The notes: generated from the letters alone by a model not told the origin. A stretch of 64,000 bases of DNA from Escherichia coli (GCF_013122565.1 NZ_CP053258.1); one strand, 5' to 3'. Positions 47,173-57,565 are shown, counted from the stretch's first letter. Numbers and translations are program-made.

Positions 47173-47215
47173 TTGTATATACAAAAATGTATCTACAATT
47201 ATTCTGCAATTATAG
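47173..47215 (-). promoter_or_regulatory. Putative brnTA promoter/operator (TATAAT plus palindromes TTGTATATACAA and TTGTAGATACA)
   Basis: Minus-strand TATAAT at 47212..47207 followed by two related palindromic sites immediately before the brnT start. Confidence 0.4.
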
Positions 47216-47311
47216 CGTTGATGTTGGAAATAGCATCACGTTTTAGGAAAAGATGGGGAAGTTGATATGAAGGGGCTGGATGGCAACATTGGGACACCAT
47301 CCAGCACTTAT

Positions 47312-48046
47312 TCAAACCTGATAGCAATCCACCAAAAATGCCATCATTTCACTGGCATCTTTGCTGTGATAAAAGCGCACCATTTTGCTGTTGAACTCCA
47401 GCGCACGAGCTGCGGGTACACTAATGGGATTGTAACCGTGGCGCATTAACCAGCCGTTCATCATATGGCGACTGGTACGCTTGTTGCCATCAAAGAAAAA
47501 CTGAAAATAAGCACCAAATAAAAACATTGCCAGCGCCCCTTCGAACGGTGGCATCTCTTTTATTTGTGCCACACCTGCGGCGAATATTCGATTCAGTTCA
47601 GGTGCACCTGCTTCAGTGGCTGGTGGAAAATGAGTGCCCAGTTCACCGAGATGAACGCGCGTATTGTAATGTAACTCTTCACCTTCGCCGCGAAAAACGC
47701 CCCACTCCAGCGCCTCATTACGCGCAATAATGCCGTTAAGCAACGTGAACGTTTTCTTATCAAGGTCGAAACGCCCGGATTGCACAAGTTCAATCAGTTT
47801 TTTTGCGCTATCTGCCAGGTTCAACACCTGCTCAGTATCACTGACCTTATGCCCGCCAACGGTGACACCATCGAGCAGCGTTTTAACTTCAACAAAGGTA
47901 TAGGGGTTATTTTCCAGTTGCGCGGCATCCCAGACAAACCCTGCCATATGCGTTTTGAAGGTAAACAAGGCTGCGCGCGTACCGACAATTTGCATCGCCG
48001 GGATGGCATTTGCATTCCAGCTCAGGTCCAGTAGTTTGGTTGTCAT
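47312..48046 (-). CDS. Fic/Doc-fold protein with non-canonical active-site motif QFFFDGNKRTSR (Gln in place of the catalytic His)
   Basis: QFFFDGNKRTSRHMMNGWLMRHGY aligns to the Fic motif HPFx[DE]GNGRxxR...GY; N-terminal AAQLENN resembles the inhibitory-helix motif; SD AAGGA before ATG; 43 bp downstream of the GmrSD-like gene. Confidence 0.7.
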   Translation of the reverse strand: MTTKLLDLSWNANAIPAMQIVGTRAALFTFKTHMAGFVWDAAQLENNPYTFVEVKTLLDGVTVGGHKVSDTEQVLNLADSAKKLIELVQSGRFDLDKKTFTLLNGIIARNEALEWGVFRGEGEELHYNTRVHLGELGTHFPPATEAGAPELNRIFAAGVAQIKEMPPFEGALAMFLFGAYFQFFFDGNKRTSRHMMNGWLMRHGYNPISVPAARALEFNSKMVRFYHSKDASEMMAFLVDCYQV

Positions 48047-48089
48047 TAGAGGATCCTTGATTGCATGGTAAAGAGGATATTATTCCATA

Positions 48090-50189
48090 TTAAGCCATCG
48101 CGTTATCCATCTGCTTTTCAAATGCCTGACGAATTAATCCCATCACATAAGGAAGCTCAGAAAGATCGCTGAAACCTACTTCAACATCGCCATTGCCCCA
48201 ACGGCCTATATCTGTGACATCTTTAGCCATACATTTTGGGTCAACCAGTTCATGGAATGGCATATTTAGTGATAAACGTAAGCGACTTTTTTGCGGCACC
48301 ACATCAACAAAATTCGTCTCCGCTTTGAAGGCAACATAGAGCTTCAATATTTCTCGCGTAACCCCAGCGTCCAGCGCCATAACGGCATCAGAAAGGCTGT
48401 CAAAAAGTACGCGGATATGCGTACCTTCTTCAAGTTGCGGGAAATCAGCAAGGATATATCCCGTTCCTCGTTCAATGACGGTGCGATAACGAGCCAACAC
48501 GTCTTCCGAAAGTTTGGGGATCGCCCAGACGTCTATTGCCAGCTCGGCCAGACGTTCCGCTCTCTTTTGTATCGCTGCACGATCCCATATTTCACATTGC
48601 CCTAACCCCGTGTTCAGGCGTAATGGACTTTCCTTAAAGCCACCTTTTATATCTCGCTTCTTCGTAAATGGACGGTCGCTGTAGCTTGAGTTATAGCCAG
48701 TTAACGTTAAATTACCCAACGTATGGAGCCACTTTTTATGGATACGCTTCCATTCCGGGCCAAGGTCATCGCGCCACTTCGCCGATAAATTAGGGTTCTG
48801 CGGCATGATATGTTCAATCGTATAAGTGTCAACATAGACCCGTTCTTTACGACCGTGGTTTTCAAATCTGCGTAGCCAATAGCTGCGATTACGGAAGTTG
48901 TAGAGGTCGCGAGTTTTCAGTTCACGTTGAAATTCATCATCATCCGGGAAACGACGGTAGGAAGGCAGTTCCAGCAAATGCGCCGCAATGCTCTCCAGAT
49001 AACGCTCTTTATCCAGCACTTTGTAAAACGTGGCGAAGGTTTTGGTAAATGAGTTGGTGGGAATGGCACAGACTGCGCGCCGGAAGATATACGACTCAAT
49101 TAAACGCGTGGCACTTAAAAAATCCGCGGCAGAAAGAATTCCCTGTTTATAGTCGTGATAAAGCACCAACAGGAACGGCCATGCAGCATCAACTTTCAGT
49201 TCCCGCAGATCCTGAAACGCCATCTTTAATATTTTGTCTTTTTCGCTATCCAGCGCCATCGCACAAAAATAATCCGCATAGGTACGAATATCCGCAACCA
49301 GCGCCTCCATCCCGCTATCCATCACTCCTGGTTTTCGCGCATAGCGTTTAAAGGCTTCATAGACATCACCAATTCGCGGAATCTCACCTGTTTTTACCGT
49401 CAGGTAATTACGCATAAAACTGTCGAAATAGTCAGTGTATCCCTTCTGACCAAACGCCAGCTCCATGGGCCGCCAGTAATCGTCGTACAGTTGGCTTTGA
49501 TGTTCTGGCTCCAGCCCCATCAAAACATAGTTGCGTACCAGATCCGCCTGACTCAGCGCTTTCCCTGTAGAGTTCATACTTTCGAAGATAAGTTGCGGAT
49601 TATCCTGACCGCGGTTCAAGGCGACATCCACAATCAGCAGTTTTGAAAGGCCCTGACATAACGCGGTGAAATTGCCGTGGAGTTTGCCTATTTGCTCATG
49701 GAAAAACTCAAAATTCTCTTTCACGCGTAGAGAGCAATTTTCTGCCAGCGGTTTTTGCCTAATCAATGCCAGCAGGCTCTCTCTGTCCGTTTGCGTAAGA
49801 AGTAACTTAAAACCACGCTCGCCCGATTCATACGGATTGAGCAGATAATAGTTTCGTAATTTCATGGCGGAGAAACCATCCATCACCTCGTCATCACCAA
49901 GATGTCTGGACAACGCTTCCAGCAATAACATCGCCGTTGTCAGGCGTTGCTGACCGTCAATCACCAGTAAGGGAGAGATCCCCGAAACCTGATATAGGCC
50001 CTGTTCGATATACACCACCGAGCCGATGAAATGCGCCGGGATATCATCACGCTGCCCGGCACGTATTACATCGTCCCAGAGCTGGCGGCACTGTTCCTCT
50101 GACCATGAATAAGTACGCTGATAAATGGGAATAACGAATTGCTGAGAGCGTTTTAGAAAATCGAGTAATCGGGCTTCGGTGGCTTTCAT
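48090..50189 (-). CDS. GmrSD-family Type IV (modification-dependent) restriction endonuclease, DUF262 + DUF1524 with extra C-terminal domain, 699 aa
   Basis: DUF262 motifs IPIYQRTYSW and DGQQRLTT; DUF1524 His-Me motifs EHIMPQ and HTLGNLTLT; SD AGGAG before ATG. Confidence 0.8.
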   Translation of the reverse strand: MKATEARLLDFLKRSQQFVIPIYQRTYSWSEEQCRQLWDDVIRAGQRDDIPAHFIGSVVYIEQGLYQVSGISPLLVIDGQQRLTTAMLLLEALSRHLGDDEVMDGFSAMKLRNYYLLNPYESGERGFKLLLTQTDRESLLALIRQKPLAENCSLRVKENFEFFHEQIGKLHGNFTALCQGLSKLLIVDVALNRGQDNPQLIFESMNSTGKALSQADLVRNYVLMGLEPEHQSQLYDDYWRPMELAFGQKGYTDYFDSFMRNYLTVKTGEIPRIGDVYEAFKRYARKPGVMDSGMEALVADIRTYADYFCAMALDSEKDKILKMAFQDLRELKVDAAWPFLLVLYHDYKQGILSAADFLSATRLIESYIFRRAVCAIPTNSFTKTFATFYKVLDKERYLESIAAHLLELPSYRRFPDDDEFQRELKTRDLYNFRNRSYWLRRFENHGRKERVYVDTYTIEHIMPQNPNLSAKWRDDLGPEWKRIHKKWLHTLGNLTLTGYNSSYSDRPFTKKRDIKGGFKESPLRLNTGLGQCEIWDRAAIQKRAERLAELAIDVWAIPKLSEDVLARYRTVIERGTGYILADFPQLEEGTHIRVLFDSLSDAVMALDAGVTREILKLYVAFKAETNFVDVVPQKSRLRLSLNMPFHELVDPKCMAKDVTDIGRWGNGDVEVGFSDLSELPYVMGLIRQAFEKQMDNAMA

Positions 50190-50473
50190 GAATGACTCCT
50201 GTCAAATTGCACTGGCAAACGGCGTCATTATGCTGCGAATAAAAAATAAAAGTTAGCGTCTTTGTTTCTGCAAAAATACCATTCCAGGATAAATCAAAAT
50301 ATATTAAGAAACACCTCAGAACGCATTCATTAGAACAATTAATACTTCCAACCAATATTTATAACGCATTGAAAATGATCATGTTTTTGATTGTGTTGAC
50401 GATAGTTTGATATAACAAAGCATTCACTTCACATTGAATACCTCCCTCTTTTTCAGGGCAAGGAATGCTTTTT

Positions 50474-52819
50474 ATGACATCAACTAATTTCAGCCAGATT
50501 GCAGCCTTCCTGTGGTCTGTCGCCGACCTGTTACGCGGCGATTTTAAACAATCACAATATGGACGAATTATTCTTCCTTTTACCCTTTTGCGTCGTCTGG
50601 AATGCGTACTCGAAACAACGAAAGACGCGGTCATTGCTGAGGCGCAAAAAGTAAAAGCCATGAAACTGCCGGAGGAAGCCCAGGAGAAAATGATCCTGCG
50701 GGCGACTAATGGCCTGACGTTCTTTAACGCCTCAGCGATGGACCTCAGCAAAATGGGGCAAAATGGCATACAGGACAACCTGGAAAACTACATCCAGTCG
50801 TTCTCTTCGGATGCCCGCGAAATTTTCGAACACTTCAAGTTCAGCGAGTTTGTCGGACAGCTGGCGGATGCGAACTTGCTGTTCAAAGTGGTGCAAATAT
50901 TCGCTAAAGCAGATTTATACCCGGAGCATGTCACCAACCACGATATGGGGCTGGTGTTTGAGGAGCTGATCCGCCGTTTTGCCGAGAGTTCTAACGAAAC
51001 CGCCGGGGAGCACTTTACCCCGCGTGATATCGTCAATCTGACCACCTCGCTGGTGTTTTTCGATGATGATGACGCGCTCAATAAAGACGGCATCATCCGC
51101 ACCATTTACGACCCAACAGCGGGAACCGGCGGCTTTCTCTCCTCCGGCATGGAGTTCGTCCACAAACAAAACCCCAATGCCGTGATGCGCGCGTTTGGTC
51201 AGGAGTTAAACCCGGAATCCTACGCCATCTGTAAAGCCGACATGCTGATTAAGGGCCAGGACGTCAGCCTTATCAAACTCGGCAACACCCTGTCCAACGA
51301 TCAGCTCCCCGCAGAAAAATTCGATTACATGCTTTCTAATCCACCTTTCGGCGTGGACTGGAAAAAGATAGAAACCGACATCAACAACGAGCACAAACTC
51401 AAAGGTGCCGATGGTCGCTTTGGCCCCGGCCTGCCCCGCGTCTCTGACGGTTCGTTGCTGTTTCTGCTGCACCTGATCAGCAAAATGCGCGATGCCAAAA
51501 GCGGTGGCGGGCGGATCGGCATCATTCTTAATGGTTCGCCGTTATTCACCGGCGGTGCAGGAAGCGGTGAAAGCGAGATCCGCCGCTACATTCTGGAAGC
51601 GGATTTGCTGGAAGGCATTATCGCCCTGCCCACCGACATGTTTTACAACACCGGTATCGCTACCTATGTTTGGGTGCTGTCCAACAAAAAAGCGCCAGAA
51701 CGCAAAGGTAAAGTCCAGCTTATCGACGCCAGCAACCTGTGCGGCAAAATGCGTAAGTCGCTGGGATCAAAACGTAATATTCTCGGGGAGGAGGATATTG
51801 GTTTAATCACCCGCACGTTTGGCGATTTCGAACCCGTTGCCACCACCACGCTCGCGGCGTTAGGCCTGGAGAAAGCACCTGAACAAAAATCCAGCCGGGG
51901 ACGCCAGCCGACCACAACCAAAGCTGAGGCGGCAAAAACCTTTGCCAGCAAAGTCTTTTACAGCACCGAATTTGGCTATCGACGCATCACCGTTGAGCGC
52001 CCGTTGCGCCTGTCGTCTCAGATCACCGATGACGCTATTGCCACATTGCGCTTTGCGCCGAAGCCGTTTAACGCGCCGATGGCACAACTGTATGACGCCT
52101 TTGCTTTCCAGTGGCAGGACGGTAATTACGGCGACTTAACAGCGGTAGAAAGTGAAGCACGCGCCATTCTTAAAGCCGATTTTAGCGAGCTGAAAGAGAA
52201 GCAAATTAAAGATCTGCTCGACAGCAAATTATGGCTGGCCCAGCGCGGGTTAATGGAAAAAGCGCGGCGTATACAGGCGGCGATGGGGATGCTGGCGGGT
52301 GGCAAAGAGACCGTTAGCAATGACTTTAATCAGTTCCAGTTGACGCTGAAAGAGGCGTTCAAAACCGCAGGCGTGAAGCTGGATGCGAAAGAGAACAAGC
52401 AGTTTATCGATGCTATCACCCGCAAAAACCCGGACGCCGAGCCGGTAGTCAGCAAGGTACTGAAAGAAGCGGCACAACCGCTGTATGGCGCGTTTGAGTA
52501 CCACGGAAAGGTTGTGGAGTTTGAGCCGGATGGCGACCTGCGCGATAACGTGAATGTGCCGCTGAACCCGACGGTATCTACCAGCGAGTTGATCGAGGGT
52601 TACTTCAAAGCGGAAGTATTGCCGCACGTCGCGGATGCGTGGATTAACGCCGATAAGCGCGATGCGAAAGATGGGGATATCGGGATTGTGGGGTATGAAA
52701 TTCCGTTTAACCGCCATTTTTATGTTTATCAGCCGCCGAGGCCGCTGGAGGAGATTGATGCGGATCTGGATGCGGTAAGCGCTGAGATTATGAAACTGTT
52801 GCAGGAGGTACATTCCTGA
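50474..52819 (+). CDS. hsdM: Type I restriction-modification N6-adenine DNA methyltransferase subunit HsdM (long form, about 780 aa)
   Basis: AdoMet motif [11 protein letters not shown] and catalytic NPPFG; stop overlaps hsdS start; ORF track extends to 50465. Confidence 0.9.
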   Translation: MTSTNFSQIAAFLWSVADLLRGDFKQSQYGRIILPFTLLRRLECVLETTKDAVIAEAQKVKAMKLPEEAQEKMILRATNGLTFFNASAMDLSKMGQNGIQDNLENYIQSFSSDAREIFEHFKFSEFVGQLADANLLFKVVQIFAKADLYPEHVTNHDMGLVFEELIRRFAESSNETAGEHFTPRDIVNLTTSLVFFDDDDALNKDGIIRTIYDPTAGTGGFLSSGMEFVHKQNPNAVMRAFGQELNPESYAICKADMLIKGQDVSLIKLGNTLSNDQLPAEKFDYMLSNPPFGVDWKKIETDINNEHKLKGADGRFGPGLPRVSDGSLLFLLHLISKMRDAKSGGGRIGIILNGSPLFTGGAGSGESEIRRYILEADLLEGIIALPTDMFYNTGIATYVWVLSNKKAPERKGKVQLIDASNLCGKMRKSLGSKRNILGEEDIGLITRTFGDFEPVATTTLAALGLEKAPEQKSSRGRQPTTTKAEAAKTFASKVFYSTEFGYRRITVERPLRLSSQITDDAIATLRFAPKPFNAPMAQLYDAFAFQWQDGNYGDLTAVESEARAILKADFSELKEKQIKDLLDSKLWLAQRGLMEKARRIQAAMGMLAGGKETVSNDFNQFQLTLKEAFKTAGVKLDAKENKQFIDAITRKNPDAEPVVSKVLKEAAQPLYGAFEYHGKVVEFEPDGDLRDNVNVPLNPTVSTSELIEGYFKAEVLPHVADAWINADKRDAKDGDIGIVGYEIPFNRHFYVYQPPRPLEEIDADLDAVSAEIMKLLQEVHS

Positions 52820-54240
52820 TGGCAGGGTTAAATAAATATCAGGCGTATCCGGAGTATAGGGATTCTGGGGTGGAGTGGTTGGGGGAGATACCCTCACACT
52901 GGAGCGTTAGCAAGCCCCGTTATATGTTTAATTTCGGCAAAGGGCTTACAATTACCAAAGAGAATCTCCAGGACGACGGGATACCTTGCATTAACTACGG
53001 TGAAATCCATTCAAAATATGGTTTTGAAGTATCCCCCAAAATTCACCCATTGAAATGCGTTGATGAGAAGTATATAAAAGATAATTCAGGCTCATTACTT
53101 TTAAAAGGAGACATTATTTTTGCAGACACATCTGAAGATATTGATGGTTCCGGTAATTTCTCACAACTAATCAGCGATAATATTTCATTCGCTGGTTATC
53201 ATACAATTATTGCCAAACCACTTAATAGAAGAAATTGGCGATTTTATGCTTATCTTCTTGATTGCAAAGAGTTGCGAACCCAAGTTAGACATGCAGTTAA
53301 GGGAGTAAAGGTATTTAGCATTACACAAGCTATTTTACGCGGCCTTTCTATTTGGCTCCCTACGGATGATGAACAGAGTAAAATAGCTGATTTCCTCGAC
53401 CACGAAACTGTAAAAATCGACAACCTAATCAAGAAACAACAACAACTCATTGAACTACTGAAAGAAAAACGTCAGGCAGTGATTAGCCATGCGGTGACCA
53501 AAGGGCTAAATCCTGATGTGCCGATGAAAGATTCTGGGGTTGCGTGGTTGGGGAAAATACCAAAACATTGGGAAATGAGTAAACTACGCTACATGTTTCG
53601 CTTCGGAAAAGGTCTAACAATTACAAAAGAACATCTGCACGATGAGGGGGTTCCATGTGTTAACTATGGCGAAATACATTCTAAATTTGGTTTCGAAATC
53701 GACCCTCAAATTCACAAATTAAAATGTGTTGATGAATCGTACATTCTAAATAACCCCGACTCATTGATCTATAAAGGAGATATTATATTTGCAGATACAT
53801 CTGAAGACATTGACGGCGCTGGTAATTTTACACAATTGATTAGCGATAACCAAATATTTGCCGGTTATCACACTATTATATTACGCCCTCTTAATAGAGA
53901 GTCCTTAAGGTTTTATGCATATATATTTGATAGCAAAGCACTACGGGCACAAATTAGTAATGCAGTGAAAGGCGTGAAAGTATTTAGTATTACTCAAGCC
54001 ATTCTTCGAAGTACATCGATATGGTTTCCACCATTATCAGAACGAGAACGTATTGTTGCATTTCTCGATAACCAAACAATAAAAATCGATACCCTAATTG
54101 AGAAACAACTCCACCAAATAGCTCTCCTAAAAGAACGCCGCACCGCCCTTATCTCCGCTGCCGTCACCGGAAAAATCGACCTACGCAACTGGACCGCCCC
54201 CATCCCCGAAGCGGAAACACCCACGGAGGCCAGCGCATGA
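52819..54240 (+). CDS. hsdS: Type I R-M specificity subunit HsdS with two near-identical target-recognition halves
   Basis: Two tandem TRD-plus-conserved-helix units (KPRYMFNFGKGLTITKENL... and KLRYMFRFGKGLTITKEHL...); ATGA overlap with hsdR. Confidence 0.9.
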   Translation: MAGLNKYQAYPEYRDSGVEWLGEIPSHWSVSKPRYMFNFGKGLTITKENLQDDGIPCINYGEIHSKYGFEVSPKIHPLKCVDEKYIKDNSGSLLLKGDIIFADTSEDIDGSGNFSQLISDNISFAGYHTIIAKPLNRRNWRFYAYLLDCKELRTQVRHAVKGVKVFSITQAILRGLSIWLPTDDEQSKIADFLDHETVKIDNLIKKQQQLIELLKEKRQAVISHAVTKGLNPDVPMKDSGVAWLGKIPKHWEMSKLRYMFRFGKGLTITKEHLHDEGVPCVNYGEIHSKFGFEIDPQIHKLKCVDESYILNNPDSLIYKGDIIFADTSEDIDGAGNFTQLISDNQIFAGYHTIILRPLNRESLRFYAYIFDSKALRAQISNAVKGVKVFSITQAILRSTSIWFPPLSERERIVAFLDNQTIKIDTLIEKQLHQIALLKERRTALISAAVTGKIDLRNWTAPIPEAETPTEASA

Positions 54241-57200
54241 ACCACGACATTACAAAAGAGGTTAACCTGCAAAACGACATTATCGCGCAGATGGTGGAAA
54301 AAGGCTGGATTGTCGGCAAAGGTGACGGCTACGACCGGGAACGTGCGCTATACGCACAAGACACCTTAAACTTCGTAAAAACCACCCAACCGCAGGAGTG
54401 GGAGAAATTCGCACGCGTTTATCCCAACGACACCGAGCGCCATTTCCTCGACGCGCTGGTCGCGCAGCTTAAAAAAGCCGACAGCAACGCCACTGATATT
54501 CAGTCGCGCACCTGGGGTACGCTCGGCGTACTTCGCCACGGCCTGAAAATTCGCAATGCCCGTTTTTCGCTGTGCCAGTTTAAACCGGAACATAATCTCA
54601 ACCCGGAAACGCTGGCGCGCTATCAGCAGAATATCTGCCGTATTGTGCCGGAACTGGTCTACAGCCCGTATGCCTCAAATAGCGTCTTTGCAGAAACGGG
54701 CGTGAAAGCCAAAAAATGGCGTATCGATCTGGTGCTGTTTATCAACGGCCTGCCGGTTGCCACGCTGGAGCTAAAATCCGAATTTAAACAGGCGGTGCAG
54801 AACGCCATTGCCCAGTACAAAAAGACCCGCCTGCCGAAAGATCCCGCGACCAATAAACCTGAACCGCTGCTGACCTTTAAGCGCGGCGCGCTGGTACATT
54901 TTGCCGTCAGCCAGTATGACGTCTTTATGACCACCAAACTCGCCGGTGACAGCACCTTCTTCCTGCCGTTTAACAAAGGCACCAAAGACGGCGGCGCAGG
55001 CAACGAGATCCCCGAAGATACTCGCCGCTACGCCACAGATTATCTGTGGAATGAAGTGCTGCTGCCGGACAACTTATTAAAAATCCTCGCCAGTTTTGTC
55101 CATTTGCAGATTGAAGAAAAAGAGGACTGGAACGGGCTGAAAGCGAAGAAAGAGAGCCTGATTTTCCCGCGCTATCACCAGTGGGATGTGGTCAATAAAC
55201 TGCTGGAGGCCGCGACGATTGAAGGCACCGGCCACAAATACCTGATTCAGCACAGCGCCGGTTCCGGTAAATCGAACTCCATTGCCTGGACCGCCCACCA
55301 GCTTTCTCGTCTATACGACGTTAACGGGGAAAAACTGTTCCACTCCGTTATCGTGGTGACGGACCGTACGGTGCTGGACGACCAGCTTCAGGACACCATC
55401 TGGCAGTTCGAACATGCCGACGGCGTGGTCGGGCGCATCAATAACAGAGAGGGCGACGGCTCCAAATCGGAAAAGCTCGCCAGCGCGCTGGAAAACTCGC
55501 AGCCGATAATCATCGTCACCATCCAGACATTCCCGTTCGTACTGAAAGCTATCGAAAACAGCATCAGCCTGAAGCAGCGTAAATATGCGGTGATTGCCGA
55601 CGAAGCGCACTCATCGCAGAGCGGTTCCACCGCCCGTCAGCTTAAAGAAGTGCTGATGAGCGAAGAGATGGATGATGACGTGGTGCTGTCGTCAGAAGAT
55701 ATTCTGGATGCGACCATTGCCGCCCGGAAAGGCAGCAGTAACCTGAACTACTACGCCTTTACCGCCACGCCAAAATCCAAAACCCTGGAACTCTTTGGTC
55801 GCTGTCCGCGTCCCGATGAACCGGCCTCAAAAACCAATAAACCTGAGGCCTTCCACGTCTACTCCATGCGCCAGGCAATCGAAGAAGGCTTTATCCTCGA
55901 CGTGCTGAAAAACTACACCAACTACAAAGTGGCGTATCAGTTGCTGCAAAAGCTGGAAGATGAAAACCGCGAAGTCGATAGCAAACGGGCGAAGGTAAAA
56001 CTCAATCAGTGGGTGACGCTGCACGACCACAATATCTCGCAGAAGGTGAAGGTGATTGTGGAGCACTTCCGCAAACATGTGATGCATCTGCTTGGCGGCC
56101 AGGCTAAAGCGATGGTGGTCACCAGTTCACGCAAAGCCGCCGTGCGCTACAAGCTGGCGTTTGATAAATACATTAGCGAGAACAATTACCAGAAAATCAG
56201 CGCGATGGTGGCGTTTTCCGGGGAAGTTGAATTCCGGGAAGGCGACCATAACAGCCTGGCATTGTTAAACCAGAAATTTACTGAAATAAACATGAACCCC
56301 GGCCTGAAAGGGCGGGATATGCGCAAAGCCTTCGACAGCGATGATTATCAGGTCATGCTGGTTGCCAATAAATTCCAGACCGGTTTTGACCAGCCGAAGC
56401 TGTGCGCGATGTACGTGGATAAACCCCTCGGTGGCGTCGAGTGCGTGCAGACACTCTCCCGCCTGAACCGCACCTATCCGGGCAAAGCGGAATCAGGCAC
56501 TTTTGTCCTCGATTTTTATAACGATCCAGACGAGATCCTCGGCGCATTCCAGCCCTATTTCCAGACGGCGGAACTGACCGATGTCAGCGATCCGCAGCAG
56601 GTGTTCGATCTGTTTGAAAAACTGCGCGCCACGCAGATTTTCCAGTGGCATGAAGTCGAGCAGTTCTGCGAGGCATACTTCATCAAAAATAAATCGAATG
56701 CGGCGATCAGTAATATCTGCAAACCGGCGGTCGAACGCTGGAAAAAGCGTTATCTGATGGCGATAGACGCCTATTTGACCGCCAAAGAGATGTTCGAGCG
56801 CACCAAAAAAACGGGCGATACAGTATTAATCACCAATGCGGAAAACAGCTTTAAAGCCTGTAAGCAGGAGAAAGATCGTCTGGAGATTTTCAAGAAAGAT
56901 CTCGGCAGCTTTGTTCGTTTTTATGAATTTATGTCGCAGATCGTTGAATACGATGACAAGGATCTGGAAAAGCTAAGCCTGTTTGCTCGTCATCTGCGTC
57001 CGCTGCTGCATGAGCAACGTCTGGAAGAGGATGAAATTGATCTCAGTAATGTGGAGATGAGTCACTATCGTTTATCGAAAATCCATGAGCAAGATTTACG
57101 CTTACAGGAAGAAACGCCTGACTATACGCTGGATGCAAGTAATAATATTGGTACGGCAAAAGCGAAAGATAAAAAAGAGGAGTTTTTATCGCAGGTGCTT

Positions 57201-57500
57201 TCTCGGATGAATGAATTATTCATTAGCGACCATTTGACCGACAAAGATATGATCAGCAATGCTTTTGCGGTGTATAACAAAATAACTGAAAATGAAAATG
57301 TTATGACACAAATTAAAAACAATCCCCCAGAACAAGCGATTCTTGGTGATTTCCTCCAGGCAGTTGATAATGCTGTAATGGACAGTAATGACGCTCGGCA
57401 AGAATTTATGTTGCAATATTTATCCGATCCAGCTCGGGCAAAGGGCTTTGCTTATCTGATGTTTGATATGCTAACGGGGAAAATTGCTTTACCAACATAA
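54237..57500 (+). CDS. hsdR: Type I R-M restriction subunit HsdR (helicase/endonuclease), 1087 aa
   Basis: N-terminal PD-(D/E)xK (IDLVLF...LELK), helicase motif I QHSAGSGKS, motif II IADEAHSS. Confidence 0.9.
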   Translation: MNHDITKEVNLQNDIIAQMVEKGWIVGKGDGYDRERALYAQDTLNFVKTTQPQEWEKFARVYPNDTERHFLDALVAQLKKADSNATDIQSRTWGTLGVLRHGLKIRNARFSLCQFKPEHNLNPETLARYQQNICRIVPELVYSPYASNSVFAETGVKAKKWRIDLVLFINGLPVATLELKSEFKQAVQNAIAQYKKTRLPKDPATNKPEPLLTFKRGALVHFAVSQYDVFMTTKLAGDSTFFLPFNKGTKDGGAGNEIPEDTRRYATDYLWNEVLLPDNLLKILASFVHLQIEEKEDWNGLKAKKESLIFPRYHQWDVVNKLLEAATIEGTGHKYLIQHSAGSGKSNSIAWTAHQLSRLYDVNGEKLFHSVIVVTDRTVLDDQLQDTIWQFEHADGVVGRINNREGDGSKSEKLASALENSQPIIIVTIQTFPFVLKAIENSISLKQRKYAVIADEAHSSQSGSTARQLKEVLMSEEMDDDVVLSSEDILDATIAARKGSSNLNYYAFTATPKSKTLELFGRCPRPDEPASKTNKPEAFHVYSMRQAIEEGFILDVLKNYTNYKVAYQLLQKLEDENREVDSKRAKVKLNQWVTLHDHNISQKVKVIVEHFRKHVMHLLGGQAKAMVVTSSRKAAVRYKLAFDKYISENNYQKISAMVAFSGEVEFREGDHNSLALLNQKFTEINMNPGLKGRDMRKAFDSDDYQVMLVANKFQTGFDQPKLCAMYVDKPLGGVECVQTLSRLNRTYPGKAESGTFVLDFYNDPDEILGAFQPYFQTAELTDVSDPQQVFDLFEKLRATQIFQWHEVEQFCEAYFIKNKSNAAISNICKPAVERWKKRYLMAIDAYLTAKEMFERTKKTGDTVLITNAENSFKACKQEKDRLEIFKKDLGSFVRFYEFMSQIVEYDDKDLEKLSLFARHLRPLLHEQRLEEDEIDLSNVEMSHYRLSKIHEQDLRLQEETPDYTLDASNNIGTAKAKDKKEEFLSQVLSRMNELFISDHLTDKDMISNAFAVYNKITENENVMTQIKNNPPEQAILGDFLQAVDNAVMDSNDARQEFMLQYLSDPARAKGFAYLMFDMLTGKIALPT

Positions 57501-57565
57501 AAATACGTTGATAGCCGGGGTCGCACTTTCTACCCCGGCCATATTATTTACAATAAGGAATAGCT

